Shown here one piece after another: positions 50,546 to 63,458 of a DNA stretch of 64,000 nt. Origin of the DNA: Carcharhinus amblyrhynchos (lineage: Eukaryota); NCBI GenBank assembly GCA_965287045.1, contig OZ336880.1:31248001-31312000 (forward strand), given 5' to 3'. The position numbers were made by a program, and so were the translations under genes. The stretch's first letter is position 1, and each line of letters begins with the position of its first letter. The notes under the pieces were generated by a model. It had not been told where the DNA came from and searched no databases. It worked only from the letters and a program-made list of their open reading frames with translations.

Positions 50546-51949
50546 AAAGTCCTGTCAACCTTTGGTGTCAACAAGTCAGTGAGCAAGGCATCTTTCAAGT
50601 AGGTGAAATGCCTTTGCACACATGGATATACCCGTGCCAGACTGACAGCAGCTTAGCAAGGTGGCACTAACAGGAAATCATTAATCAATGGTTAGTACTT
50701 GACCATCAAGAGGGAGCAATCTGTGGACAGCACCATGTCTCCAAGTGCCATGTTTCAAGTGTATCCAGGCATTTGGAAGAGATGTGGTCCAGTCACTACT
50801 GACACAGCAGTCAGTTACAGCTTTGTCTTTTCATGGATCCTGCTGAGCATTCAGGAGATGTGCCAAGACATCGCTTTCATAGCAAAACTGTTCTCATCAC
50901 TGTCCATATCATAAAAGCCTATCTTTTCTATCTAAAATCAATTATGCACACCCATGCAATGAATTCCATATTGAATTGCATACTGTAAGGATTACATAAA
51001 TCACCACTCGGCAGCCATTCAGGAACAAAGAAGGATCCTCACGGGTATTTGGACAGCTTTACTGGGATGAACACACACCTCTGACATTGCACACTCATTC
51101 CTCTCTAGCAAGCATTTCTGACCTCACCAAATGGAACCTACCTCAATTATTTAGCATCATATATGGGCAGGGGGAGCACTAACAATTGAATGATATTCAA
51201 TCTTAAACACAGAGATGAAAATGCACTTCAGGGAGGCATGGAATGCAATGGTTCTCAACGATGAATAGAACTTTTCTCAAAAGGTATTTGTCATAAAATA
51301 AAGGTCATTGCCAAGTACACTTGAGGAAAAAAAAGAATTTAACAATGGTCATGACAACTACGTGGGGCATCCACAAATTACAGACTTCAGTATGACAGCA
51401 TCAGGATAATCACTAACCTTGATGAGCAATTCTCCTGAGGCCAAAGAATATCTGCTTGTCATCCAAAGTGTCTTTTTTTTTTGCTCCATCCGTAAAGTTA
51501 CAAGCTAATGCTCAGAGTGAACTGGGCAAACCCAAATGCATTCCTTGTTTCCCCAAAAACCAAATTCAAAATCTAATTGAATCTAATTCATGGTCCCTGC
51601 AAGCAAGGCAAAGAAGATCCAAGTTGACAAGATAAGGCAATGCAGCCCATCTTGGACTTGGTCTGACATTTAATCTTGGCCAAAAGGCCATGAAGTAATG
51701 TTGCAGTTTTGGAAATAAAAGCTCATCACTAATGAGAGTGACTGCATGTTAATGGAACTGAGCATCCAGCTGGAAGCTAAATGGAGGGGATACATTTTGG
51801 TCCCTTGAATTAATGCAGTATCACATCGATTAGTTATTAAATACTTGAGACTTGGAGAGGGATAAATGAGAATATATTACAATAATGTAGATTATGTACA
51901 ATGAGTGAACATCTGTGACACCACTGTGCATTCAGAAACTTCTAAATTT

Positions 51950-53303
51950 TATACCCTATTGCTACATCTAGGCGCAGCCCCAACATCAGCAGTCGATGTG
52001 GAGGCAATCTGTTCACTGCTATGCTCTGTTGTCTGAGATGATTTTGCCGGGTGTCCTCTGGCTGAGGCCTGGAGGCTCCGGCTTTCTAAGTGTCTTTTAC
52101 AGTGAGGCAGGTGTGCCTTCCTTGGCCTAACTTCTGGAGTTGATACAGTCACAAGAACCACTCCATCAGACAGAACATGGTCAGGATTCTTCGTTCCAGT
52201 CTGCTGTTGGTCTCTGACAATTCTGTCTGATGTTTCCTTGTTTGTCACTGCATCACTTTCAGAGCTGATTCCAGAGACATCCAACATTGAATTCTGACTC
52301 GGCAGGGGCCTGGTTTTTAATGGCCTCCTGATTGTCAGCGATGTCAGCTGTTATTGCCTTATTGGTTGTGGACCCGGTTCTGTAAGCTGATTGCCAGATT
52401 GTGAATCTGAGCCTTCTCTAGAGCTGGGACTCACTGAGGTATCTACGCTAGCGGAAGGTGCAGGTAAACACAGTGATGGATCTTCATCAAATGGATTCTC
52501 AGCATCCTGATCTGAGCTGGTCTGGGGTTGAGGTGCATGCTTGAGGATGGCCTTCATCTTTTCTTACTGGGAGCTGGAATAAAGAGATTATTGATGATTG
52601 AGAAGGCAGGCTCCCTCATTATATGTCACACACAGTCATTGTGCACATGTGGCCAATATAAACAGGACAGGCCTATCTCAACTTCCACACAGGAACAATC
52701 TCCATACTTTCCAGCAAGCTGTGAAGCCTGTTCCTTGTGAGTGGAGAATGTTCTCAAATCCAGTGTCCTCTCCCTGGTTTTGGCTCTCTCCCTTTTTTTG
52801 TAGGCGATCTTGGCCTGCATAAAAACAGATGGATTGGCTGAGCACCATGGATGGAAGAGCAGTTCAGAAGCATGTATGCCTGTTGTGTGTGCTGATCCTT
52901 CCCCCAGTAACAGATTAACAAGCCATTTGTGCAGATCGTGAATGTTGAGCTTAAAGTGGCTGGCAGACATTCTCATCTACTGGTAGTGTGTGACATCATG
53001 TGAACTCTAACCCTTAAACTGCCCAATTCCCTTATGAATGTTTGAATTTGGAGCACCTAGAAGTTTCACTTACCATGGCTGAGTGCATCAGATCATTCAT
53101 CCTTTTCCTGCCCTACAGGGTGGATTTTTTTTTGGTCATGAGCACTGACCTCCCTGGTAACCTCCTCCTAGGCAGGCATAGTGAGGTGGAAGGATCTCCA
53201 ACTCCCATCCCAAAGATTAAGGACCTTTCCTGTATAGAGCAGAGTTTCCCAAAGAAGCCTCATTGAACTGTGAAGCAGTAGATTTGATTATTTTGAGTGC
53301 CAT
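51950..53303 (-). pseudogene. Harbinger ORF2 Myb/SANT-like DNA-binding gene, decayed and spliced
   Basis: Minus strand from ATG at 53303: ..A*EEVTREVSA..RKRMNDLMHSAM|GTAAGT (donor at 53073). Acceptor tatgcAG at 52815, then AKIAYKKRERAKT..HKEQASQLAG. Further acceptor near 52574 into S/T/P-rich sequence. Confidence 0.7.
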
Positions 53304-53529
53304 TGGGAACTTCTAAATATGACACCAGGATCTTCAACCCTGTGAGGTAATGGCGTGGCAGATAAATCCTGCCCACCCTGTCACAAGATTTGACAAGCTC
53401 CTCATTGCATAATTAATGAACTGAAATGCAAAAGATCAAGCGGATTAGTCCAACCCATCACCCAGCAGGAATCAGGCCAACTTTTCCACTTGCCGCTACA
53501 TTTAGTATCCAGAATGGCAACATTTGCCT

Positions 53530-53875
53530 GTAATCTAGGCCAACACTTCAGTGCAATACTGAGGGAGTACTGTATGTTGAAGGTGAGTAAGGTGCATGCT
53601 TACCCATGTGGGCATAAAGTACCTCACGACTATTATAGGAAGTGTAAATAATTTTTCCAAGTGTCCTGGTCAGCAATTATTCCTCAATCAACACTTAATG
53701 AAAGCTTTGATTTGTTACTTGGCTCTTTGCTGCATGTGGATGCTTGCTGTGAGCAAATTAGCTGCCATGTTTCCTTACATTTCAACAGCGAGTGTACTTC
53801 AAAGGTAATTTATTAGTTGTGAATCATGTTGGGACACCCTGAGGATGTGCTGCGTAAATGTAAGTTGTTTCTTTA
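53530..53875 (+). mobile_element. DeuSINE-like (SacSINE1/AmnSINE-related) fragment
   Basis: cagtgcaatactgagggagtactg..gtgtcctggtcagcaattattcctcaatcaacac..cttgctgtgagcaaattagctgccatgtttcc and an L2-type tail, recognised from memory of the Deu domain. Confidence 0.6.
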
Positions 53876-55047
53876 GTTTTTGGATTAGCCAGTCTATATT
53901 TGTTTGTTGCATCCTTTCCCTCCTTACGCAGTGATTTCAATGTCTAATTATCAGTCCGGAAACAATTTGCATATCTTAAAAATAATCAGTCAGATTAACA
54001 TAGACTGGAATCAAACTTTGGATCTTCCAGATTTGCATTACTTCTCTCCATAGTGGGCATTGCAGAGGACAATTTACCCTTCAGCTACCTAGATTCAGTC
54101 TGTATTTAAGTTAATTCAGAACGTAAACTCTGGGATCAAAATATAGGATCACCACAGCCATGACCAGCTCCATAAAAATAATGCATGGTCTATGCATGTG
54201 TACTATAATGACATATGTTGCAATTGATTGCACCAGTAATGTATCATTCAAGGTTCAGTCTCTTGGTTAAGGTTTCCAAGTCTTTTGAATCTGATTATTA
54301 CAAATGAAATCTTGGTTTAAAGTTTTTTAATTGCAAACTTTTGATAAATAATGGTATTTCAGGGTTGAATAAATTGTTAAATTTGGCAAATTTCTATTTT
54401 AAGTGCTGTTTCAGTTTTTTTATTTCATATTGCTCTATAGTCATTCAATTGTTGTAATATACTTCAATGCATTACAGCCATTCTATTTCTTCAGGTAATT
54501 ACTGTGAATATGACTCAGTTGTTTCTTCTTGACAAAATATTCTGTACCGACTTATTTAGGGGCTACAGGTTACCATAATGTATCTTCCTGAAAAGGATTA
54601 TTGATACAATTTAGAGCTGGTCATGATGGTTCCACTGAAGTATGTCTTGTCCTTCATTTAAATAAAAATCATATGTGGGAAGGAAGAGTTTAAAAAGACC
54701 TTCCAAGTATGCAGTCACATTTTGAAAAAGAAAATGTCAAAGCAATCACCTATGACATTCCTCTGACCGGAGAACAAGATAAGACTATGAAATATTTACA
54801 GTATTTAAATAGACAAAAGCAGTGATGAGAGGAATGGCTTCACCCTTTTAACTCAGGTCCTTGTCAAAGTCAATCATAAGAGCTGGGTCAGAATTAACGA
54901 CCTTAATTGCTTGTTGGCTAGAATGTCAGGTGGCTTAAGCATATTTTAAATGCCCATTAATAATTTTCAATGTGCATTAGAAAATAAAATCACAAAGTCC
55001 CAGCAGTATTTTGCATGATTTTTATTTCTGAATTCTGTGACCTACAG

Positions 55048-55144
55048 GAAATGAAGGTTCTGGAGAAACCGTTCCGAAGAAAACCTCATCATGTGATATC
55101 TGCCAATTTGGAGCAGAATGTGATGAAGATGCAGAAGATGTTTG
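55048..55144 (+). CDS. TMEFF2: Tomoregulin (TMEFF2-like) internal coding exon, 97 nt, start of follistatin module 2
   Basis: Acceptor cctacAG at 55046-47 and donor GTaatt at 55145. Phase 1 entry translates (G)NEGSGETVPKKTSSCDICQFGAECDEDAEDV(W). CDICQFGAECDEDAEDVW matches human TMEFF2 as I recall it. Ends in phase 2, compatible with the next exon. Confidence 0.93.
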
Positions 55145-55641
55145 GTAATTTCTTCAGTGTTAATTAAGAGCAAATATTAATATTTGCTATTATCCATAAA
55201 TGGAAATGCAACTCCATCACTGGCATACTGTATTAGATTAATCGTTCTTTTTATAGAGTATCAACTAGGGCTTTTACTTCTGGGAGCTGGATTTAAATCC
55301 AGACCAATCCAATGGGATGAAAGCCCCTTCTGTCTTGCAACTTTGAACATTAAAACAAATTTGGTAGAATCCTCACAGAAGTCTGGCCTCTGTTCAAAAT
55401 AAGTGTCTTAACCTACAACTAGGTATGTTCAATCGTAATTCTAAAATTAACTGTTGAGGAAGGTGGGAATGTCACATTGATACAGTCAAGATATTTTAAT
55501 GGGGTCGCCTATCCGAGGTTTTACCCCACAGCTGGTCTGTTCTGTACTTGGTCATGGAGTTCTTGACGCTGAAATCAAATGTAAAGTGGTATTTTGTTCC
55601 CCAACAGTCTTGATCAGCACGTTGTGCACATTGCTGCACAT

Positions 55642-56199
55642 TGTACTGTGTGCAGTTTTGGTCGCCGCACTTGCGCAAGGATATTTTGGCCTTGGAGGGA
55701 GTGCAGAGGAGGTTCACTAGGCTGATACCAGAGATGAGGGGGTTAGACGATGAAGAGAGATTAAATAGACTGGGTCTATACTCGTTGGAGTTTAGAAGGA
55801 TGAGGGGGCATCGTATAGAGACGTATAAGATAATGAAAGGAATGGATAGGGTAGAGGTAGAGAGATTCTTCCCACTCAGAAAGGACAGCAGGACTAGAGG
55901 GCACAGCCTCAAGATAAGGGGGGGGGGGGCAGTTTAGAACGGAGTTGAGGAGGAACTTCTTCACTCAAAGGGTGGTGAATCTCTGGGATTCTCTGCCCGT
56001 TGAAGTGGTGGAGGCTACCTCGCTAAATATATTTAAGTCACGGGTAGATAGGTTTTTGACAGACAAGGGAATTAAGGGTTATGGGGAGAAAGTGGGAAAG
56101 TGGAACTGATCCACTTGAGATCAGCCATGATCTTATTGAATGGCGGGGCAGGCTCAAGGGGCTAGATGGCCTACTCCTGCTCCTATTTCTTATGTTCTT
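55642..56199 (+). mobile_element. Young CR1 3' fragment in the intron between the two exons
   Basis: YCVQFWSPHLRKDILALEGVQRRFTRLIPEMRGL..; near-identical to the reverse complement of 33693-34250. Confidence 0.93.
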
Positions 56200-57507
56200 A
56201 TTGTTGACCAAAAATTTAAAAGGTCATTGTATGCTTTTAATGGCAAACTCAAACTGTTGTGAATATTGTTTAAACTGGAAGTTGATTAGTGAGTTCACCG
56301 TACTCTTTGAAATTTGCATAATGTTGACTGATGTGTACTTCCTGCTCCTGGTTTGGCATTACATTTTAGTCACTGCAGGATGAAATACATAAATACTATA
56401 TAATGTTATAAAATCTTCAAAACATTCATGTCAAGCTGAATTATAGCAGTTTGAAAAAAAGAGAAGGAAAATCTGCATACAATAAGTAGGGCATTCATTG
56501 CTGTGCATTGTTTTAACTTCAATCAATTTTAAGCTAATTGTTTAAATATCCATTTGGAAAAAAAATCAATAAGATGTTAGTATCTGAACACATCATGTCC
56601 TTGTTAAGGCAGCAAACAAAGAAATTACCTGACTATTTGGATGCAAAATTACAGAGTTCGCCTTTTCAGTCATTCTGTAAGTCACAGGCTTACATAGAAC
56701 CTGTTTTGGTGTTAACGCCCAACATTTCCATTCAAAGTTTACCCTCAAAGCTCTCGCAAATAGCCACACTGATGAAAAAGACATGCATCCAGAAACTTAA
56801 TATGACCTGAATTGATCCAACTATTCTGTAATTATAAATGATCACTCTAATGCATCACCCATATCAGTCAATGACTGTTCTTCAAAAACAGAGTTTTTTA
56901 ACAAAGACTTTTGAGTTTGCACACAAAGGTATCAATGTACGTTTGAACTTTTTAACTGTTGTAAAGCTCACTGCCATTGGGGATAATTATATTTTTTAAA
57001 AAGGAACAGTTCAATTCCAAACTTTCCACTTCTGGTTTTACTGGCAATGGGAGACCAACTCATTCTCAGGAGGTGGGAGGAACCTCGTAATTTTAAGGGG
57101 ACTGCAAGCATCCACTTTATCATCACTTTTTTATTTTTAACACCGACAGGTCAGGTTTCGGGAAACCCAGTGGCTGAGGGGAGACACAAAAGCTGGATGA
57201 AACAGGTGCCTGCACTACTTGTAGGCCAGAAGGAGCAGGAAATACTGTAGCCACCACCTGTCCCTCAGACCCCCACCTAGCATTCAATCTGACCTGCTCC
57301 TGGTAATTCAAGCCATCCCAATGCCAGAACCCCTGCCAACAATCAATGCCAGGCTCTGGCCTAGAGCCACCTGACAGCCAGCCAGTCTTCAATGTGGCTG
57401 ATTGCAACGAGGAAATGGTTCTTTTTTTAAAAAAAGACCTTGCCATTAAATTCAGTAGGATCTGCAGGAAACCCATAACCTTGAGCTTCCCTGATGGTTA
57501 CTTTCCC

Positions 57508-57578
57508 AGTAAGAAGTCTCACAACACCAGGTTAAACTCCAACCAGTTTATTTGATAGTAAACCCACAAGCTTTCCGA
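57508..57578 (-). mobile_element. Isolated Penelope-like terminus
   Basis: agtaagaagtctcacaacaccaggttaaactccaaccagtttatttgatagtaaacccacaagctttc matches 6673-6738. Confidence 0.8.
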
Positions 57579-57676
57579 AATGCTGATTCAGAACAGAACT
57601 TAGTATGACCTGAATTGATCCAACTATTCTGTAATTATAAATGATCACTCTAATGCATCACCCATATCAGTCAATG

Positions 57677-58590
57677 TCTCTCTAGCCATTTTCCTGGCAA
57701 CCCTGAGATTGAAACAGACTGTTGGCACCATCAGTGTCAGATTTGACCCCATGTTGAGTTTCTGACTGCATATCAGCACCATCAAAACATCTATTTCCAA
57801 TTCTGAAACATCACCCAACTTCAACTCAGCATACATTTCTTTACTACCTCTGGACTATACTACCTTCTGGCATGCCTCCCATCCACAGGCTTAAGGTAAT
57901 CCAAAACACAGCTGTCTGTATCTTAACTCGCACTAAGTCCCATTCACCAATACACCTGTGTTTGCTGACCTACATTTGTTCCCAGTCTGGCAAAGCCTCA
58001 GTTTCAAAATTCTTATCCTTATTTTCAAATCCTCCTGTGGTCTTGCCTTTCCCTATCTCTTTAGCCTTCTCCAGCCTTACAAACCTCTACCATATCTGCA
58101 ATCCTCTAAGTCTGACGTCATGAGCATAGAATCCCTACAGTGCAGAAGGAGATCAATTGAGCTTGCATCAACAACATTCCCACCCAAGTCCTGTCCCCGT
58201 AACCCCATATATTTACCCTGCTAGTCCCCCCTGACACTAAGGGCAATTAAGTATGGCCAGTCAACCTAACCCGCACATTTTTGGAGTTGGGAGGAAACCG
58301 GAATACCCGGAGGAAACCCACACAAACACATGTAAACTCCACTCAGACATTGACCCTGTGGAATTGAGGCTAGAATTGAACCAGGATCCTGGCGCTTAGA
58401 AGCAGCAGTGCTAACAGCTCTGCCACCCCATCAATTTTAATTGCTTCAACATTGGCAGCTTTGTCTCCAGCATCTCTAGCTCTTTCCTCCTTTAAGGCCC
58501 TCATCTTCCTAGTATCTCCTTATGTATCTTGGTATCAAAGATTGTTTAATAATGCTCCTCTTTTACTACATTAAATGCGTTATACAATGC
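57677..58590 (+). mobile_element. Old L2 LINE 3' fragment
   Basis: LKVIQNTAVCILTRTK.HSPI..FADLH.FPV.Q...FKILILIFKS (L2 ORF2 C-terminus). Confidence 0.7.
58124..58430 (-). mobile_element. HE1-type V-SINE inserted in L2
   Basis: B box GGTTCAATTC, V-domain and tail on the minus strand. Confidence 0.85.
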
Positions 58591-58869
58591 GGATTGTGCA
58601 ACAAATTTGATCACATATCTAAATGAGTACAATACTCCAAATTCTTGCTAGTTAATTGACTCCCCTATGGAATACTTATTGCTTGTTTCATTGTTTGCTC
58701 ATTCAAATTCTGATAAATGAATAGCTAGCTTGCTAGGAAATACTCTGCTTAGATCAGTGTTTTGTTCCAATCAGGATCTATTAACCACAGGGAATATAGC
58801 CCATCACAAATCTTTGCAGTGCACTAACAATGCAATATAAATCATTTAATATGCATAAAATTATGTACA

Positions 58870-59410
58870 CAGAATGTGCAGTACAGAAAGATGCCATTCA
58901 GTCCAAACAGTTCATGCCAACATTTATGTTCCATATACCTTTGATTAAGTTTAATCTTCTTCCCTTCTCTCCCATATGCTTTCCCATCACCTTGAATCCA
59001 TCTGTACTAATCTCTTCTGAGTTTCACATTTTCACCATTCTTTGGGTAAAGAAGTTTCTTTTGAATTCCCTATTGGATTTCTTGAGGAATATCCTATATC
59101 GATGGCCTCTGCTCTGCTCTCTCCCATAAGTGGAAAGCTTTTCCCTTTTATAATTTTAAAAACCTCAATTAGATCTTAGATCACACCTCATCCTTTATTT
59201 TTTGAAGAGAAAAGAGAATCAACTTTGTCAGTCCTTTCCTGATATGTACACGCATGCATTTCTTGTAGCATGTTGGTGACTTTCACTAGAACCATATTTT
59301 TATAACTGCAGACAGTACTCTTAAATGTGGCCTGACCAAGGTTTGATCGGGTTTAGCATAATTTCCCTACTTTTCAATTGTGCCCTTTTTAGAAATAAAG
59401 CCCACTGTGA
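58870..59410 (-). mobile_element. Old CR1 3' fragment
   Basis: Degenerate CR1 3'UTR and FFTQR/LVRPH-type coding sequence on the minus strand. Confidence 0.55.
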
Positions 59411-59667
59411 TCCTGTGCTGTTTAGTTTCCTTTCCTTGCTCTCAGAAAATGAATACAGTAAAGTGGTATCAGGGTATCACACTATTGGGTTCCAAGCAAA
59501 AGGTGAAAGGATACTGTTAATGTAGGACTATTTTAATACAGATGTTGGCCTTGATTTTCATTAACCTCTTCATTCTGAGAAATTGAAGTGCCAGCTACCA
59601 CAAACAAAGAATCAGACCAACATCACATCATTCCATGATGCAGCATATTGCTGAGGGTACTCTCATA

Positions 59668-61940
59668 AGAATATAAGAAATAGCAGCAGGAGTAGACCAT
59701 CTAACCCCTCGAGCCTGCTCCGCCATTCAGTAAGATCATAGCTGATCTGAAAGTGGTTCAGTTCCACTTACCTGCCTGCTCCCCATAACCCTTAATTCCC
59801 TTTTCAATCAGAAATCTATCTACCTGTGACTTAAACATATTCAATGAGGTAGCCTTCACCGCTTCAATGGGCAGAGAATTCCAGAGATTCAATATCCTCT
59901 GAGAGAAGAAGTTCCTCCTCAACTCTTTTCTATACTGACACCCCCCCCCCTTGTTTTGAGGCTGTGTCCTCTAGTTCTTGTTTCCTTTCTAAGTGGAAAG
60001 AATCTGTCTGCCTCCACCCTATCTAGCCCCTTCATTATCTTATATGTCTCTATAAGATCACCCCTCAGCCTTCTAAACTCTAACGAGTACAGGCCCAATC
60101 TACTCAATCTCTCCTCATAATCTAACCCCCTCATCTCCGGTATCAACCTGGTGAACATGCTCTGTACTCCCTCCAAGGCCAATATATCCTTTCGCAAATA
60201 AGAGGTCCAAAATTGCAAACAGTTCTCTAGTTGCGGTCTCACCAATACCTTGTACAATTGCAGCAAGACCGCCCTGCTTTTATACTCCATCCCCCTCATG
60301 ATAAAGGCTAACATTCCATTTGCCTTCTTAATCACCTGCTGCACCTGCAGACTGAGTTTTTGCAATTTATGCATAAGGACCCCCAGGTCCCTCTGCACAG
60401 TAGCATGTTGTAATTTTTCACCCTTTAAATAATATTCCATTTTACTATTATTCCTTCCAAAGTGGATAACCTCACACTTGCCAACGTTATACTCCATCTG
60501 CCAGATCCTCGCCCACTCACTCAGCCTATCCAAATCTCTGCAGACTTTCCGCATCCTCTACGCAATTTGCTTTCCCACTCATATTCGTGTCATCAGCAAA
60601 CTTTGTTACTCTACACTCGGTCCCCTCCTCCAGGTCATCTATGTATATGATAAACAGTTGAGGCCCCAGCACCGATCCCTGCGGCACGCCACTAGTCACC
60701 AACTGCCAACCAGAAAAGCACCCATTTATTCCAACTCTCTGCTTCCTGTTAGATAGCCAATCCTCAACCAACGCTAACACTTTACACCCAACTCCGTGTA
60801 CCCCAATCTTCTGCAGCAACCTTTTGTGAGACACTTTATTGAACGCCTTCTGGAAATCTAAAAACACCACATCTACCGGTTCCCCTCTGTCAACTGCACT
60901 CATTACATCCTCATAGAAATCCAGTAAATTCATCAAACATGACTTTCCCTTCATGAATCCATGCTGCGTCTGCTTGATTGAACCATTCTTCTCCAGGTGT
61001 CCTGCTATTTCTTCTTTAATGATGGATTCATGCATTTTCCCAACTACGGACATTAAGCTAACCAGCCTGTAGTTACCCACCTTTTGTCTACTTCATTTTT
61101 TAAACAGCAGCGTAACAGTAGCTGTTTTCCAATCAGCCTGCACTTCCCCAGAGTCCAGTGAATTTTCTAATGCATCTGCTATTACTTCTGCCATTCCTTT
61201 CAGTAGCCTGGGATGCACTCCATCCAGGCCTGGGGACTTGTCTACCTTTAGTCCCATTAGTCTACCAAGCACTACCTCTTTAGTAACAGTAATCGTTTTA
61301 AGGACTTCACCCCCACAGTGCCACGACCATTAATGTTCGGTAAGCTATGTGTGTCGTGAAGACCAACACAAAAAACTTGTTTAAGGCCTCAGCCATTTCC
61401 TCGTTTCCCATTATTAAATCCCCCTTCTTGTCTTCTAAGGGTCCAACATTTACTTTAGCCACTCTTTTCTTTTTTATATATTTGTAAAAACTTTTACTAT
61501 CAGTTTTTATATTTTGTGCTAGTTTAGTTTCATAATCTATCTTTCCTTTCTTTATCGCTTTCTTAGTTGTTCTTTGTTGTTTTTTAAAGCTTTCCCAATC
61601 TTCTAATTCCCCGCTAGTTTTGGCCACTCTGTAGGCATCGGTTTTTAATTTAATACTTTCCTTTATTTCCTTCGTTATCCACGGCTGGTTATCCCTTTTC
61701 TTATATTCCTTCTTTATCACCGGAATATATTTTTGCTAAGTACTGAGAAAAATCTCCTTAAAAATCCTCCACTGTTCCTCAGCCGTCCCACCAACTAGTC
61801 TGCGCTCCCAGTCCACATTAGCCAATTCCGCCCTCATCCTATCGTACTCCCCTCTGTTCAAGCAGACGACACTGGTTTGAGACCCTACTTTCTCACCCTC
61901 CATCTGTACTTTCTCACCCTCCATCTGTAGAATATCTCTG
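59668..61940 (-). mobile_element. Young CR1 LINE, ~2.3 kb 5'-truncated ORF2
   Basis: QPWITKEI..SKSFYKYIK; NYRLVSL..QHGFMKGKSCL..FLDFQKAF..GVPQGSVLGP..YIDDL..KFADDT; RPQLE..FW. Probable TSD ACTCTCATA at 59659-67 and 61941-49. Confidence 0.94.
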
Positions 61941-63067
61941 ACTCTCATAGAATATGGTCCTGATTGTGGCCCTCTGCTAAAAGTGGAGTAATTCACTTAT
62001 CCCTGATAAGTGGTAATGGAAGGGTCTGGAACAGGTAAAGTGGAGTGGTGTCATTTCCTGATCTGTTCTGCCAAACTGCATTTAACATGGCTAGTTTTGT
62101 GACGGCCTTATTAGTCAATGTAATCACGGTTATATGATGTACATGGGAACTCACTGGAATTTTAACTGGCTCCTCAGCCTGTTTTGGGCTTTCTGCCAGA
62201 TAAAACTGTCTAGAAACCAGTGATGCATGCCTGGGTAAGTTTTTAAACATTTTCTTTGTGAGCTCAAGAGGAACAGGAGTGCTTCTCTGGGTCCCACAAG
62301 AAAAATCTGATCCTCTGACTTCTCCCTCCCTAAATCATAACCCACGTCAATTCCTCCCAGCTTCACAACTCTGCTCATATCCAATCCCGAATTTACCATT
62401 GTCAGCTAATGTCAGAAACATTGATTGTGGGTGTCACTGGGCCCACATTTTTAGCTAATGACTAAACTGAATGACTTGTTACATTTAAGAGTCAACCATG
62501 TTGTCGTGGATCTGGAGCCACTGAACAAGGTAAACATGGCAGATTTTCTTCCCCAAAGGGCATTGGTGTACCAGATAGTTTCTTGGTCATCATTTTTCTA
62601 TTAATTCCATTTTTTTAATTTAATTCCAATTCAATAGGGATATGGGGCTGGGGCCTGGGTGGGATTGTGGTCAGTGTGGACTTGATAGGCCGAATGGCTC
62701 CTTTCTGTACTGTAGGGTTTCTGATTTCTATGAATTTCACCATCTGTCATGGTGGGATTCAAATCCTGGTCCCCTGGATTACTAATCCAGTGACAATATC
62801 ACAACACCACCACCACCTCCCTTCTGCTTGCTGCATTTTACTAATGTGTATATTTATTGCTAAGTACTCTGCATCCAGGAGATTATTCTAAAGGACACTT
62901 TGCTTCTTATGAGCCCTCAGTGCAGAGTCCCAATGACAGGGAATGCAACACAGATATAGCACTATAGTATTGGCAAAGCAATCATTCATCCTGTCCTCCC
63001 TGTGAAAGCAATTCCTTGCTTGGAGCTCAAGATAATGTAATGAATAAAGCTCGTTTTTCTTGTCTAG

Positions 63068-63216
63068 GTGTGTGTGCAACATTGACTGTTCCCGCATCAG
63101 TTTCAACCCTGTGTGTGCTTCTGATGGTAAATCCTATGATAATCCTTGTCAGGTTAAAGAGGCATCTTGCCAGAATCAGGAATTCATAGAAGTCACTCAT
63201 TTGGGAAGATGTCCAG
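63068..63216 (+). CDS. TMEFF2: Tomoregulin (TMEFF2-like) internal coding exon, 149 nt, Kazal domain 2
   Basis: Pyrimidine tract plus tctAG acceptor (63066-67) and GTaact donor (63217). Completes the W codon, then CVCNIDCSRISFNPVCASDGKSYDNPCQVKEASCQNQEFIEVTHLGRCP, with the Kazal PVCxSDGxxYxNxC motif. In frame with 55048-55144. Confidence 0.95.
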
Positions 63217-63458
63217 GTAACTAAAAATTTGATTCCTCCATTTGGTACTTGAAATGTGTGATTTCAGGCATGATTTTATTTCTGCAGAACTCTATGAATA
63301 TTATGTCAAAGTTCGCACTACAGTCTGAAATGACACAACCGTTATTGCCACTAACACAGAATTTCAGCATAATACCAAACTCTCTAGAAGAAACCAAGAC
63401 AGCTGGACTGAAAGAACTACTGCTGGTTTACCATGAGGTAGATTGTGCTGTACGTTTG

